From Escherichia coli (GTDB lineage Bacteria > Pseudomonadota > Gammaproteobacteria > Enterobacterales > Enterobacteriaceae), in the NCBI RefSeq assembly GCF_041248615.1, contig NZ_CP158426.1: a stretch of DNA of 64,000 bases. The stretch is one strand, 5' to 3'. Of this stretch, positions 24,544 through 33,860 are shown in pieces (position 1 is the stretch's first letter; each line of letters opens with the position of its first letter). The position numbers were made by a program, and so were the translations under genes. The notes under the pieces were generated by a model, which saw nothing but the letters and a program-made list of their open reading frames with translations, was not told the DNA's origin and did not search any database.

Positions 24544-27056
24544 TGCCAGTCGTACCAACAGTATCCGGACGTCAGGTTGAGAGCCGTGGAGTTCAGTCAG
24601 CAGGCTTGCAGACGTTTTCTCAGCCAGGTATTGGTGATGCTTTTGTTCGGGCAGGGGCAGAGGCTATTGATGTTTTTGGTCAGGCAAAACAGCGTGCCAA
24701 TATCGCTCTGGCTCAGGAGGCATCTCTTAACCTCAGTCAGATAAGCAGCGATCTGCTGAATAACCCTGAAACAGGTTTGCTTAACCTGAAAGGGAAAAAT
24801 GCTATTGGAAAAGGTCAGGAGTATACGCAGCAGTTTGATGCTCGGGCCGAACAACTGGCTATGTCGCTGCCGGATGAACAGGCTCGTAATGCTTTCATGC
24901 AGCAGGCGCAGCAGCAGCGCATTCAGTTCACTACGCAGGCAGGGCGGCACGAGATAGGGCAAATAAATGCCTACGAAGAAGGCCAGTTTCAGGCTACGCT
25001 GCTGAACAATGGTAAAAATGCCGCAGCATTGTATGGCGACAACGCCGCATACGTATTGGCTAATAAGCAAACTTTCCAGCAAATTGAGGATTACGGCATT
25101 GCACATGGCTGGAGTGACGAGCAAATCCAGGCCAAGAAAATCGAGTTTAAAGAGAAGGTTGCTGATGCCGCATTGTCCCAGTGGTCGGCAAACAATGCGA
25201 CCGCATTCATCCAAAGTAATGGCGAGTTAAGTGATACTGCTGCTGGAGCTCGCCGTGCTGTAGCAGATAGTGACTCTTCCGAGCGTGCCCGTGGCATACG
25301 CAACAATAACCCAGGAAATCTCGAATACAGCAAAACTAATCCGTGGGTAGGCCAGACCGGTGATGATGGTCGATTTGCTAAATTCGAAACACCTGAACAC
25401 GGGATTCGTGCATTAGGGCGGAACCTGATGTCGTATCAGAGGCAGGGTATTGATACCGTCAGCGAGATAATTAATCGCTGGGCACCGCCTACTGATAAAA
25501 ATGACACTATGTCGTATATCAAAGCAGTGTGCGAACAACTTGGCGTTTCTGCTGATGAGCCTCTCGATGCATCTAATCCTGATACCCTGAAGGCGCTTTG
25601 TGCAGCCATTATCCATCATGAGAACGGTAGCCAGCCATACAGTGATCAGCAGTTAACTGCTGGTGTCAGTGCAGCACTTGGTTTATCAACAATTCCAACC
25701 AACACCAAACGCTATACCGGTAATGCAGCATTCGATGCGGCATCTCCTGAGGCGCAGGCAAGTTTTATGCGACAGGCGGATCAACTGCGTCGGCAGCAGC
25801 AGGCTGAATATAAAACGATGATTGACAGCCAGGTTCGCGATGCGACAGCTGCGTATATGCGTGGCGTTGAATTTCCTAACCCACCTGGTGAGGCTGATTT
25901 TATTGCAGCTTATGGAGTAAGAGAAGGAAACCTGCGATATACCGAGTTCAGAAATACGCAAATCGCCGGACAGTATATAGGCTCTTTCCGCAACATGCCG
26001 ACAAGCAGCATTACAGCATATGTTGAGCAATTACGCCCGGATACTGGTGAGACAGGGGAGGGTTATGCGGCACGAGCCGCTCTTTATGACAACGTTGTGT
26101 CGGCTGCAAGTCAGGTGATAAAGCAGCGACAGGCTGATCCTGTACAGTTCTCTCTTGCCGCCGGACAGGCAAAGCCTATCGACATGAGCAATAAGGATAA
26201 CTTTGGACAGAGCGTTGCCTTGCGTGCTGCTCAGGTCAGTGACCTTGCTAAGTCATATGGCACTCCACTGACGTTCTTTTCCAAAGACGAGGCCAATCAG
26301 ATCGGTGTTTTCTTTCGTGATGCGCCCGTTTCCCAACAGGCAGCATATCTCGATACCATCAGGCAGAGCACTGGTGGTGGGCAGGTGTATATGTCAGCAC
26401 TACAGCAGATCAGTGCCAACGCTCCATCTGCTGCCGTTGCCGGGATACTGATGGATAAGCCAGGTGGTATTTTGGCAGAAAAAAACTGGTTTAATCCGGA
26501 TGTTTCCGTGTCTCCTGAAACCGCTGCGCAGACAATTCTTGCTGGCGCGGCGGCTCGTAAAGGTACTGATGATGCGAAAGGTATTCCGATGCCTAAAGAT
26601 GCTGATCTTCGCCTTGAGTTTTCTGACATGGTGAAGGATGCATTTGCTGGTGACGCTCAGGGGGCATCAATGGCATACGAGATCGCAAAGGATTATTACG
26701 CTGGTGTGATGGCGAAAAAAGGCGTGGTATCAGGCGAAATTGACAATGATGTCTGGAAACAGGCTGTTAACGTAGCTACAGGTGGCGTGCATGACTATAA
26801 CGGAATGGGGAATGTCCTTTTGCCGTGGGGAATGTCTGCAGAGCAATTCGATAAGCAGGTTAATCAGGTTTGGAATGAACAAGTTGTCGGCTCCGGGATA
26901 AAAACACCGCCTGGTCAGTATGGTTTGCAAAGTTACGGCGATAGTCAGTATCTGGTGAAACTTGGTACTGGTTATCTGCTGAAAGATGATGGTTCTCCCG
27001 TTGTTCTTAATCTGACACAGAAGCGTCAGAGATTCTCCGGAGATATTCCGCAATGA
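24543..27056 (+). CDS. Large internal virion / ejection protein, possible cell-wall hydrolase region
   Basis: ATG 24543 overlaps upstream stop (track start 24468 rejected); conserved GIRNNNPGNLEY segment. Confidence 0.5.
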   Translation: MPVVPTVSGRQVESRGVQSAGLQTFSQPGIGDAFVRAGAEAIDVFGQAKQRANIALAQEASLNLSQISSDLLNNPETGLLNLKGKNAIGKGQEYTQQFDARAEQLAMSLPDEQARNAFMQQAQQQRIQFTTQAGRHEIGQINAYEEGQFQATLLNNGKNAAALYGDNAAYVLANKQTFQQIEDYGIAHGWSDEQIQAKKIEFKEKVADAALSQWSANNATAFIQSNGELSDTAAGARRAVADSDSSERARGIRNNNPGNLEYSKTNPWVGQTGDDGRFAKFETPEHGIRALGRNLMSYQRQGIDTVSEIINRWAPPTDKNDTMSYIKAVCEQLGVSADEPLDASNPDTLKALCAAIIHHENGSQPYSDQQLTAGVSAALGLSTIPTNTKRYTGNAAFDAASPEAQASFMRQADQLRRQQQAEYKTMIDSQVRDATAAYMRGVEFPNPPGEADFIAAYGVREGNLRYTEFRNTQIAGQYIGSFRNMPTSSITAYVEQLRPDTGETGEGYAARAALYDNVVSAASQVIKQRQADPVQFSLAAGQAKPIDMSNKDNFGQSVALRAAQVSDLAKSYGTPLTFFSKDEANQIGVFFRDAPVSQQAAYLDTIRQSTGGGQVYMSALQQISANAPSAAVAGILMDKPGGILAEKNWFNPDVSVSPETAAQTILAGAAARKGTDDAKGIPMPKDADLRLEFSDMVKDAFAGDAQGASMAYEIAKDYYAGVMAKKGVVSGEIDNDVWKQAVNVATGGVHDYNGMGNVLLPWGMSAEQFDKQVNQVWNEQVVGSGIKTPPGQYGLQSYGDSQYLVKLGTGYLLKDDGSPVVLNLTQKRQRFSGDIPQ

Positions 27057-28855
27057 GTTACTTTGGCCTTAATCCAGTAAACCAGAATCAGCAGCTTGAC
27101 GAAGCAGCATCAAATCCAGCTGGCTTTAACAGCGATGTTGGTTTTTTCGACAATGCTGTAGGAGCGGCATTGTCTGGTTTGTACTCCGGGCTGGTGGCAA
27201 AGCCAGATCAGTTGCTATGGGCAGGGATGGATAAAATCGTATCCCCGATTGCTCAGTTTGTTAACGAAAACACCTCGCTCAATGACACTTCAGTTTCATA
27301 CATTGCTGAGCAGAGAAAACTAGCAGAGCAGCAGGTTAAGCGGCTGACGCCTGATGCCGCGACAACCGGAACCGCCGGGCAGGTTCTTTATGGGTTGTTC
27401 GATATGGGCGGGCAGGCTGTTGTCGGTACAACGCTCGGTGGTCCTGTCGGAGGTGCAGCGGCGGTAACTTCGCTACAGGGTTTTTCTGAGTTTGAACGGC
27501 TGACAGCACAGGGTGTTGATTTCAGGACGGCGAAGGAAGCGGGATTAGTGCAGGGCATTACTGCTGGTGCCGGAACACTGATCCCTATGAGCCTCGGGTT
27601 ACGTGCTGGTGGTGCGCTGGCGGAAGGTGTGGCGGCTCAGCTTGCGCGGACGGGTGAAAGTTCAGTGCGACGCGCCGCAGCAACAGCAGTACGTGCAACG
27701 CCAGATATTGCCTATGCCGCAGGTACAAATATTGCGTTCGGTATGGCACAGCGTGGGCTTACTGCAAAAACGCTTCGTGATGGTGGCTATAGCGAAATGG
27801 CTAACCAGTATGATGTGTTGGATCGACAGGCAATTGCTATTGATGCTGTTCTTGGGGTGGCGTTTGGTGGTGTCGGCAGATTTATTAACTCTCGCGGCGA
27901 GTCTACAAGCGCACCAAATTTTTCACCAGTTGATATTGATGCTGCACTGGCGGCGAATGCCGCTCATCATGCTGAAATTGATATTGCTCCCGGCGTTCCG
28001 ATCAACGTGCTTTCGCGTAATTCGCACATTCAGGCTCTGCGAAAAGCCATGTCTGATGTTAGCCAGGGGAGACCTGTAGACGTTGCCAGCATTGTTGAGT
28101 CTGCATCTTTCAGTGAAATTCCTGGGCCCAAGAGTCTGCTGTCTCAGGCAGTTAATGAGGCTCTGTCATCTGTAGATGATGGAGTAACGGCGCGCGCTAT
28201 AGAAAATCGGTTGCTTGAAGAACAGGCCGCGCAGCTTTTGTCGCGTGGCGATAGACAGGTTTACCAGTCTGAAATCGCTAATAGCCAACGAATTATTGAA
28301 AATCTCACTGAACAGCGCGCACAAATTCTTGCAGAAGAGCCAACCGGGAGCGGTAAGGCTTTATCTCGTGCTCGATCAGATAAACAGGCCAGACTTCGCG
28401 ATATTGATCAACGAATCCGGCAGGCACAAGAACGCCTGGAATTTTCCCGTAACGCGTTGGCACCGCACGAGCCTGGCGGTCAGTTTTTTGAAGCTCGAGC
28501 AGAACTGGCACGACGACAGCAGGCAGAAAGTGAACTTAATGCTCAGGCTGTTTCATTCTATAAAACAGCAGAGGTCAGGACGCCAGACGAAGTAGCTCCT
28601 TTTGAGCCCGGTAAGATATTGCAACAGACAGAACAAAAAATGATGGCAGATCCGGCAGGAGATATTGATCTGCGTATAGCTGAAGACTCGCTGCTTGAAT
28701 CTCCGGACATGATAATCACCGTGCTGGATGATGATGGTAATCCACAATCGCGCAGTGCGCGTGAAGTACTGGATGAAGCGAACAGGGAAAGTGAGCAGGC
28801 AATACAGGATTCCAGCCTGTTTGATGTCGCTGTGGCGTGTTTCTTGAGAGGTTAA
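27053..28855 (+). CDS. Internal virion / ejection protein
   Basis: 600 aa, Ala/Gly-rich, overlapping upstream stop. Confidence 0.5.
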   Translation: MSYFGLNPVNQNQQLDEAASNPAGFNSDVGFFDNAVGAALSGLYSGLVAKPDQLLWAGMDKIVSPIAQFVNENTSLNDTSVSYIAEQRKLAEQQVKRLTPDAATTGTAGQVLYGLFDMGGQAVVGTTLGGPVGGAAAVTSLQGFSEFERLTAQGVDFRTAKEAGLVQGITAGAGTLIPMSLGLRAGGALAEGVAAQLARTGESSVRRAAATAVRATPDIAYAAGTNIAFGMAQRGLTAKTLRDGGYSEMANQYDVLDRQAIAIDAVLGVAFGGVGRFINSRGESTSAPNFSPVDIDAALAANAAHHAEIDIAPGVPINVLSRNSHIQALRKAMSDVSQGRPVDVASIVESASFSEIPGPKSLLSQAVNEALSSVDDGVTARAIENRLLEEQAAQLLSRGDRQVYQSEIANSQRIIENLTEQRAQILAEEPTGSGKALSRARSDKQARLRDIDQRIRQAQERLEFSRNALAPHEPGGQFFEARAELARRQQAESELNAQAVSFYKTAEVRTPDEVAPFEPGKILQQTEQKMMADPAGDIDLRIAEDSLLESPDMIITVLDDDGNPQSRSAREVLDEANRESEQAIQDSSLFDVAVACFLRG

Positions 28856-28860
28856 ATTAA

Positions 28861-31335
28861 ATGAGACAGGAATGTATACAAGCGGTCCAGCAGGCGGCGC
28901 AGCGCACGTTAACGGCGCGAGAAATACAGAACATTGAAGACCGCATTTATCGAAATATGCGCTCCATTGCTCGTGATGACCCGATGTCGTGGAGACAACT
29001 TTCCGAATCAGAGCGGCTATATCGTGCAGCACAATTGGCATCTGAGGAATTACAGCGAGAAGCGGCATTAAAGAAACGTCGTGTGGCCCTCACTATAGCC
29101 GCACGTCAGAGATTGGATAAATTTATCAATAGCTATCAAGGGGCTGATGGGAAACTTGGCGCTCTTAACCGTACTATTGCTTTTAATGCAGACGGTAAAT
29201 CGAATTTCCTCTCTGTTGAGTCCAGAACAAAAGCCACTCGTGATTATGCATTGAGTCAATTGCAGGAGGCATTCGAAGCAGTTGATCCTCGCTTTTTTGG
29301 TCTGTTTGAAGATGAAGCGGGCGTACGTGACCTGGTATATGAAATGCGAGGGCAAAATACTGGCAATTCTAAAGCAAGAAAAGGTGCTAAGGCGTGGAGA
29401 GAAGTGACAGATCTACTGCGCCGCCGGTTTAATGATGCTGGTGGGGACATTGGCTATCTCGAAAACTGGGGGATCCCTCAGCATCATTCTATGGAAAAGG
29501 TTGGGGCGGTATCAAAGGATAAGTGGGTTAGCGATGTTATAGGTAAGCTGGATCGCAAATATTATATCCGAGCCGATGGACAACTGATGAACGATGCCGA
29601 GTTGTCTGCATTTCTTGGAGAGGCTTATAACACGATCGCTACTGGTGGGCTGAATAAGCTTACTGATACCGGAATGCGAATTTCCGGCGCACGTGCTAAC
29701 CGTGGTAATGCATCACGACAGATACATTTCAAAGATGCAGATTCCTATCTGCAATATCAGCAACTTTATGGCGATCGCTCTCTATGGGAAATCATGGTCG
29801 GTCACCTGGAAGGTATCAGTAAAGATATTGCACTGGTGGAAACATATGGCCCAAACCCCGATCATGTTTTCCGCTCTCTTCTTGATCAGGTGAAGGCAGA
29901 AACGGCAACAGCTAACCCGAGTAAAACCGGTAAAGTCGAGCGGCTGGCGAACAACACAGAGAATCTGTACAACTTTATTTCCGGAAAGACACAGCCTGTA
30001 GCGAATCCGCACATCGCGCGATGGTCTGACAATATCCGCAACTGGCTGGTTGCCAGCAGACTCGGATCTGCGTTGCTATCATCGTTCTCTGATCTTGGAA
30101 CCATGTATCTGTCTGCGAAGGTGACCAACCTTCCAATGAACCAGTTATTCCGCAACCAGCTTGAAGCTATGGACCCAACGAACCGTACAGAACTTGCGCG
30201 GGCGCGCCGCGCTGGTCTGGCGATGGAATCTCTACTTGGCAGCGTTAACCGCTGGGCGATGGATAATATGGGGCCGTCAGTGTCTCGTTGGGCGGCAACG
30301 GCGGTAATGCGTGCCAGTGGGCTTACAGCATGGTCAGATGCGCACAAGCGCGCCTATGGCGTAACCATGATGGGAAGCCTGGGAGAAGTAGTGTCACGGA
30401 CACCAGACCTTCGTAGCCTCGATGATTCTGATTTTCGTATCCTGAAAAGCAAAGGGATTACTGACACAGACTGGAGCGTATGGAAGCTGGCGCAACAGGA
30501 GGACTGGGGGAACGGTAATAATACGATGCTGACACCGGAAAGCATTATGCGTATCCCTGATTCAGCAGTTAAACATCTTGGTGAGCCTGAGCGCGTGAAA
30601 TTTGAGGCAATGCGTAAATTGCTAGGTGCCGTAACTGAAGAAGTTGATATGGCTGTTATTACACCGGGAGCTCGTGAGCAACTGATAACCGGTTCTGGTA
30701 TTCAGCGTGGAACATGGAAAGGTGAATTAACGAGAAGTGTTTTCCTGTTTAAATCTTTCCCTATCTCGGTTGTTATGCGTCACTGGTCACGCGCTATGGG
30801 TATGCCGTCTGCTGGTGGGCGTGCGGCATATATTGCGACGTTTATTGCCAGTACGACCATTCTTGGCGCTTTGTCGCAGCAACTTAACGACCTTGCGTCT
30901 GGTCGTAATCCTCGAGAGATGACAGGAGAAGATGCCGCAAAATTCTGGCTTGGTGCTCTACTGAAAGGTGGTGGTCTTGGCCTTTACGGTGACTTTTTAT
31001 TGTCAGATCACACCAGGTACGGAAGCGGCGCGCTGGCGTCGATGCTTGGCCCGGTAGCTGGTCTGGTTGATGACGTGGTGAAGATTGCTCAGGGCATACC
31101 GTTAAATGCTGTGGAAGGGAAGAGTGAGCAGACTGGTGGTGATCTGGTGAAGCTGGGGAAAGGTTTGATGCCTGGTGCGAATCTCTGGTATTTGAAGGCG
31201 GCTCTCGATCACATGATCTTTAACCAGATGCAGGAGTATTTTTCACCAGGCTATTTGCGTAAAATGGAGCAACGTTCGAAGAAAGAGTTTAACCAGACAT
31301 ACTGGTGGCGACCTCAGGATGTCACTCCGCAATAA
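28861..31335 (+). CDS. Large internal virion / ejection protein
   Basis: 824 aa, third of three consecutive large genes before tailspike. Confidence 0.5.
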   Translation: MRQECIQAVQQAAQRTLTAREIQNIEDRIYRNMRSIARDDPMSWRQLSESERLYRAAQLASEELQREAALKKRRVALTIAARQRLDKFINSYQGADGKLGALNRTIAFNADGKSNFLSVESRTKATRDYALSQLQEAFEAVDPRFFGLFEDEAGVRDLVYEMRGQNTGNSKARKGAKAWREVTDLLRRRFNDAGGDIGYLENWGIPQHHSMEKVGAVSKDKWVSDVIGKLDRKYYIRADGQLMNDAELSAFLGEAYNTIATGGLNKLTDTGMRISGARANRGNASRQIHFKDADSYLQYQQLYGDRSLWEIMVGHLEGISKDIALVETYGPNPDHVFRSLLDQVKAETATANPSKTGKVERLANNTENLYNFISGKTQPVANPHIARWSDNIRNWLVASRLGSALLSSFSDLGTMYLSAKVTNLPMNQLFRNQLEAMDPTNRTELARARRAGLAMESLLGSVNRWAMDNMGPSVSRWAATAVMRASGLTAWSDAHKRAYGVTMMGSLGEVVSRTPDLRSLDDSDFRILKSKGITDTDWSVWKLAQQEDWGNGNNTMLTPESIMRIPDSAVKHLGEPERVKFEAMRKLLGAVTEEVDMAVITPGAREQLITGSGIQRGTWKGELTRSVFLFKSFPISVVMRHWSRAMGMPSAGGRAAYIATFIASTTILGALSQQLNDLASGRNPREMTGEDAAKFWLGALLKGGGLGLYGDFLLSDHTRYGSGALASMLGPVAGLVDDVVKIAQGIPLNAVEGKSEQTGGDLVKLGKGLMPGANLWYLKAALDHMIFNQMQEYFSPGYLRKMEQRSKKEFNQTYWWRPQDVTPQ

Positions 31336-31344
31336 GGAAGTGTT

Positions 31345-31518
31345 GTGTTTTTAATTATTTTGAGTGTAATAATTTCTGGTGGATTGTTATTTATTGACCA
31401 CTACAAATATTTTCTTAACCCTCAGACTCAAGCTATTTGCTGGTTCATCTTTGTTGTGCAGGGAGTAGTTCTTGTTGCAAGCCTTATTGAGGGGAGGCCT
31501 CTTATTTTTACTGGGTAA
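31345..31518 (+). CDS. Possible small hydrophobic protein (57 aa)
   Basis: GTG 31345 with SD AAGGA 5 nt upstream; hydrophobic translation; below track threshold. Confidence 0.3.
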   Translation: MFLIILSVIISGGLLFIDHYKYFLNPQTQAICWFIFVVQGVVLVASLIEGRPLIFTG

Positions 31519-31530
31519 ATAGGTGACTAC

Positions 31531-31827
31531 ATGCAAGCTATAGGATTCATTGTTTATATCGTCGTTGGTCTTTTTCAGTTGGCAGCAATTATGGCTGGGC
31601 TTGAATCATGGTGGGGATTGCACTGGATAATTGCAGCCCCCATCGCTTTCATCGTGAGCTATATTCCATTTGTTGGAGCGATTGTTGGTATGGTTGGCGC
31701 TGTGGATGTATGGCGGTGGGAGTGGTGGCAGGCTGGCCTTCTATTCTTTGGTGGGATAATCTTTGCTATTGTCTGCGGTGGAATGTCATCATTTTTCGAA
31801 TGGCTATCATTCAGAAAAGAGACGTGA
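31531..31827 (+). CDS. Small integral membrane protein (3 predicted TM helices)
   Basis: 98 aa, highly hydrophobic; stop TGA lies inside GTGACATGTCAC. Confidence 0.5.
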   Translation: MQAIGFIVYIVVGLFQLAAIMAGLESWWGLHWIIAAPIAFIVSYIPFVGAIVGMVGAVDVWRWEWWQAGLLFFGGIIFAIVCGGMSSFFEWLSFRKET

Positions 31828-31835
31828 CATGTCAC
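31824..31835. repeat. 12-bp palindrome GTGACATGTCAC (copy 3 of 3)
   Basis: Exact; overlaps stop codon of membrane protein gene; terminator hairpin starts at next base. Confidence 0.9.
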
Positions 31836-31860
31836 AGGCCGCTTTCGCGGCCTTGTTTTT
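31836..31860 (+). terminator. Rho-independent terminator
   Basis: Stem AGGCCGC/GCGGCCT, loop TTTC, followed by TGTTTTT. Confidence 0.7.
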
Positions 31861-32020
31861 AACGAATGCCACCGCCGCCCGGGCGGGAATCCGCAGAACG
31901 CCCACCGCAGCGGGAGCCGTCAGCGGCAGTATCGCTGTCGTGCTGACAACGGCCGGCAAAGGCCTGAGTTGAAGCTACCAGAGACAACAAAACGAACAGT
32001 GCAGCAAATGCTTTTTTCAT
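31859..32020 (-). CDS. Possible small secreted protein (signal peptide), start at internal Met
   Basis: MKKAFAALFVLLSLVASTQAFA signal-like N-terminus; weak RBS. Confidence 0.3.
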   Translation of the reverse strand: MKKAFAALFVLLSLVASTQAFAGRCQHDSDTAADGSRCGGRSADSRPGGGGIR

Positions 32021-32094
32021 TGTGAAAAATTTCCATCTATAAGCCACCTCAATGTGGCGTCAATGAGTGTAGCACTGACTTTTGTTTCGTCCAC

Positions 32095-32117
32095 AAAAAA
32101 GCCCGCAGCGCGGGCTT
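32095..32117 (-). terminator. Rho-independent terminator of AT-rich moron gene
   Basis: Stem GCCCGC/GCGGGC with A6 on plus strand; overlaps stop codon. Confidence 0.65.
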
Positions 32118-32655
32118 ACCAAAACTTGTACCACGGGGATTTATCCTTCAATGGACAATCCTTCCATCGTGTGGCCAACCATTCATATTCTTTAAAATAT
32201 GTGTTTATGTTTTCTTTTTCTCTAATGGCTTGTATAAGAGGTAGCGCAATCTGATAGTTATTTACAACGGAGCTGTAAAATACTTCCTTAATCATGGTCT
32301 CATCATAAGTTTTCCGCTTCACGCTCACAGCCATGCGTTCGTAGAAACCTAGACAGTAAATTATTTCTCTCTTCTCTGTCTTTTCTTCATCCGTAAGATC
32401 AGCCTGCCCATTGCTTGGATACATATAAGAGCGGAATGATTTGTTCGATTCGTGAATGCGGCGCATAGTAGATAGGCCTTTCTTATAATCTACATCAAAC
32501 CTGCTTTCACCAAGGAATACTGAAGTGTGTACTTTTCTCGCTGTATTTACATTATAAATAATAGTAGCGATAGCTATGAACAAGCCAAGCGAAACCGCGA
32601 CTGCACTTACGATTTGAGCCACAGCCATGGCAAATTGCATTTCTTCACTTAACAC
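32116..32655 (-). CDS. AT-rich moron: membrane-anchored protein (N-terminal TM helix plus ~140-aa cytoplasmic domain); candidate superinfection-exclusion / abortive-infection factor
   Basis: 179 aa; GC visibly lower than flanking phage DNA; own GTG start with GGAGA SD, own terminator; lies in a position analogous to P22 sieA (between ejection genes and ant). Confidence 0.55.
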   Translation of the reverse strand: MLSEEMQFAMAVAQIVSAVAVSLGLFIAIATIIYNVNTARKVHTSVFLGESRFDVDYKKGLSTMRRIHESNKSFRSYMYPSNGQADLTDEEKTEKREIIYCLGFYERMAVSVKRKTYDETMIKEVFYSSVVNNYQIALPLIQAIREKENINTYFKEYEWLATRWKDCPLKDKSPWYKFW

Positions 32656-32784
32656 AAACTGTCTCCAGACATGAAAACGGGGCCTAATGGCCCCGTCATT
32701 AAACTATCCGAATGTTAAACGCCTTCGTACTCGTCAAATTTTCTCATGTGGGCTCCTCCTGTATCGGTGCCTAATCGCTATGGA

Positions 32785-32799
32785 TCACCCGTGAGGTAA
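32785..32799. promoter_or_regulatory. Operator-like palindrome TCACCCGTGAGGTAA
   Basis: TTACC-N5-GGTAA variant in gap between moron and ant genes. Confidence 0.4.
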
Positions 32800-32865
32800 T
32801 AGTAAGCTATTCACCTGCAATCTGTACAGAATTATTTAAAGGCACATCCCTGTGCCGCCGCCCCG

Positions 32866-33576
32866 TCAGAAGAACCCTGCCTTGTCGTTGATGTATTCCG
32901 CGTGAGTCTGGATATCACGCAGGCATTTGCTCACACCGACGATGTAGCAAAACATGGTGGTCAGCTCCGCCGCCGCGCCCGATACGTCGTGCCCGTCGTC
33001 CTGTAACTGGTTCAGCAGATTCATCAGCAGTGAGTTCTCCGTCAGGCCGAGAACACCAGACGGAGAATGAATCAGACTGCGGTAGCCGGGCTTCAGTGGG
33101 GCGCTGTAGGTTTTGTTCTCTATCTTCATTGCCTGCATCACTGCTGATGCTGTGGCGTTGGCTACCTGGTCGGCAACCATCTTTATGCGTTCTTCCTGCG
33201 GGAGCGAGTTTTTAATGTAACTTCCGGTGCGGCGGATCTGAGGAAGAACCTCACCTGTAACCCATTTACGAAAGCGGTAGGGGATAGTGCCTGGTGTCAC
33301 CGCATCGCGGCAGCGGAGGATCAGTGTGTAGAGGCCTGACTCGGAGATGATGTTGATCTCTTTTACTCGGCTGTCAAAAATCGCACGATGTTCATGCCCT
33401 ATGTTGAACATAGACCTTTCATCATCATCCAGTTTTTCAAGTGATTGGGTGACGTTTTGGATACGCAGCGCACTACAAACGTCTTGGGCTACAAACCATG
33501 GTTGGCCATCGATAATGATGGAACGGATAGGGTTAACAGATTCAAATTTGAAGATGGCAGTTTGAGCATTAGCCAT
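32866..33576 (-). CDS. Antirepressor (Bro-N domain plus C-terminal Ant-type domain)
   Basis: N-terminus FKFESVNPIRSIIIDGQPWFVAQDVCSAL...ISESGLYTLILR...VLPQIRRTGSY is a Bro-N signature; ATG 33576 has GGAG SD (track GTG start 33591 rejected). Confidence 0.7.
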   Translation of the reverse strand: MANAQTAIFKFESVNPIRSIIIDGQPWFVAQDVCSALRIQNVTQSLEKLDDDERSMFNIGHEHRAIFDSRVKEINIISESGLYTLILRCRDAVTPGTIPYRFRKWVTGEVLPQIRRTGSYIKNSLPQEERIKMVADQVANATASAVMQAMKIENKTYSAPLKPGYRSLIHSPSGVLGLTENSLLMNLLNQLQDDGHDVSGAAAELTTMFCYIVGVSKCLRDIQTHAEYINDKAGFF

Positions 33577-33594
33577 GGTGGTTATCTCCACTTA

Positions 33595-33608
33595 GTGATT
33601 TTAATCAC
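33595..33608. promoter_or_regulatory. Near-perfect 14-bp palindrome GTGATTTTAATCAC overlapping ant ribosome-binding region
   Basis: Read in sequence; 6/7 half-site symmetry; directly upstream of ant SD. Confidence 0.4.
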
Positions 33609-33731
33609 CACCGCAACGCCAATTACTGGTGGTGAACTGGACAAGGTTGGCGTACCGGCCTAAGTGGTACCGGCGTCCTTTCGGACCCCTGCCCAGCCCA
33701 CCATAATTCGGATATAGCTGTGCTTAACGCA

Positions 33732-33755
33732 TAAAAAAACCACGTCTGGCGTGGT
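33732..33755 (-). terminator. Rho-independent terminator downstream of small antirepressor-domain gene
   Basis: Stem ACCACG/CGTGGT with A7 run on plus strand. Confidence 0.6.
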
Positions 33756-33845
33756 ATGCGCCACTTAGTAACTCGGGACGCCAATCCCGGCACTGGATTT
33801 TGCCAGTGCCAGATTACTATGGCACAAGAGGAGTGCGATGTAAAT

Positions 33846-33860
33846 TTACCGCAAAGGTAA
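33846..33860. promoter_or_regulatory. Operator-like palindrome TTACCGCAAAGGTAA
   Basis: Perfect half-sites, 32 bp beyond the 3' end of gene 33892..34149. Confidence 0.45.
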
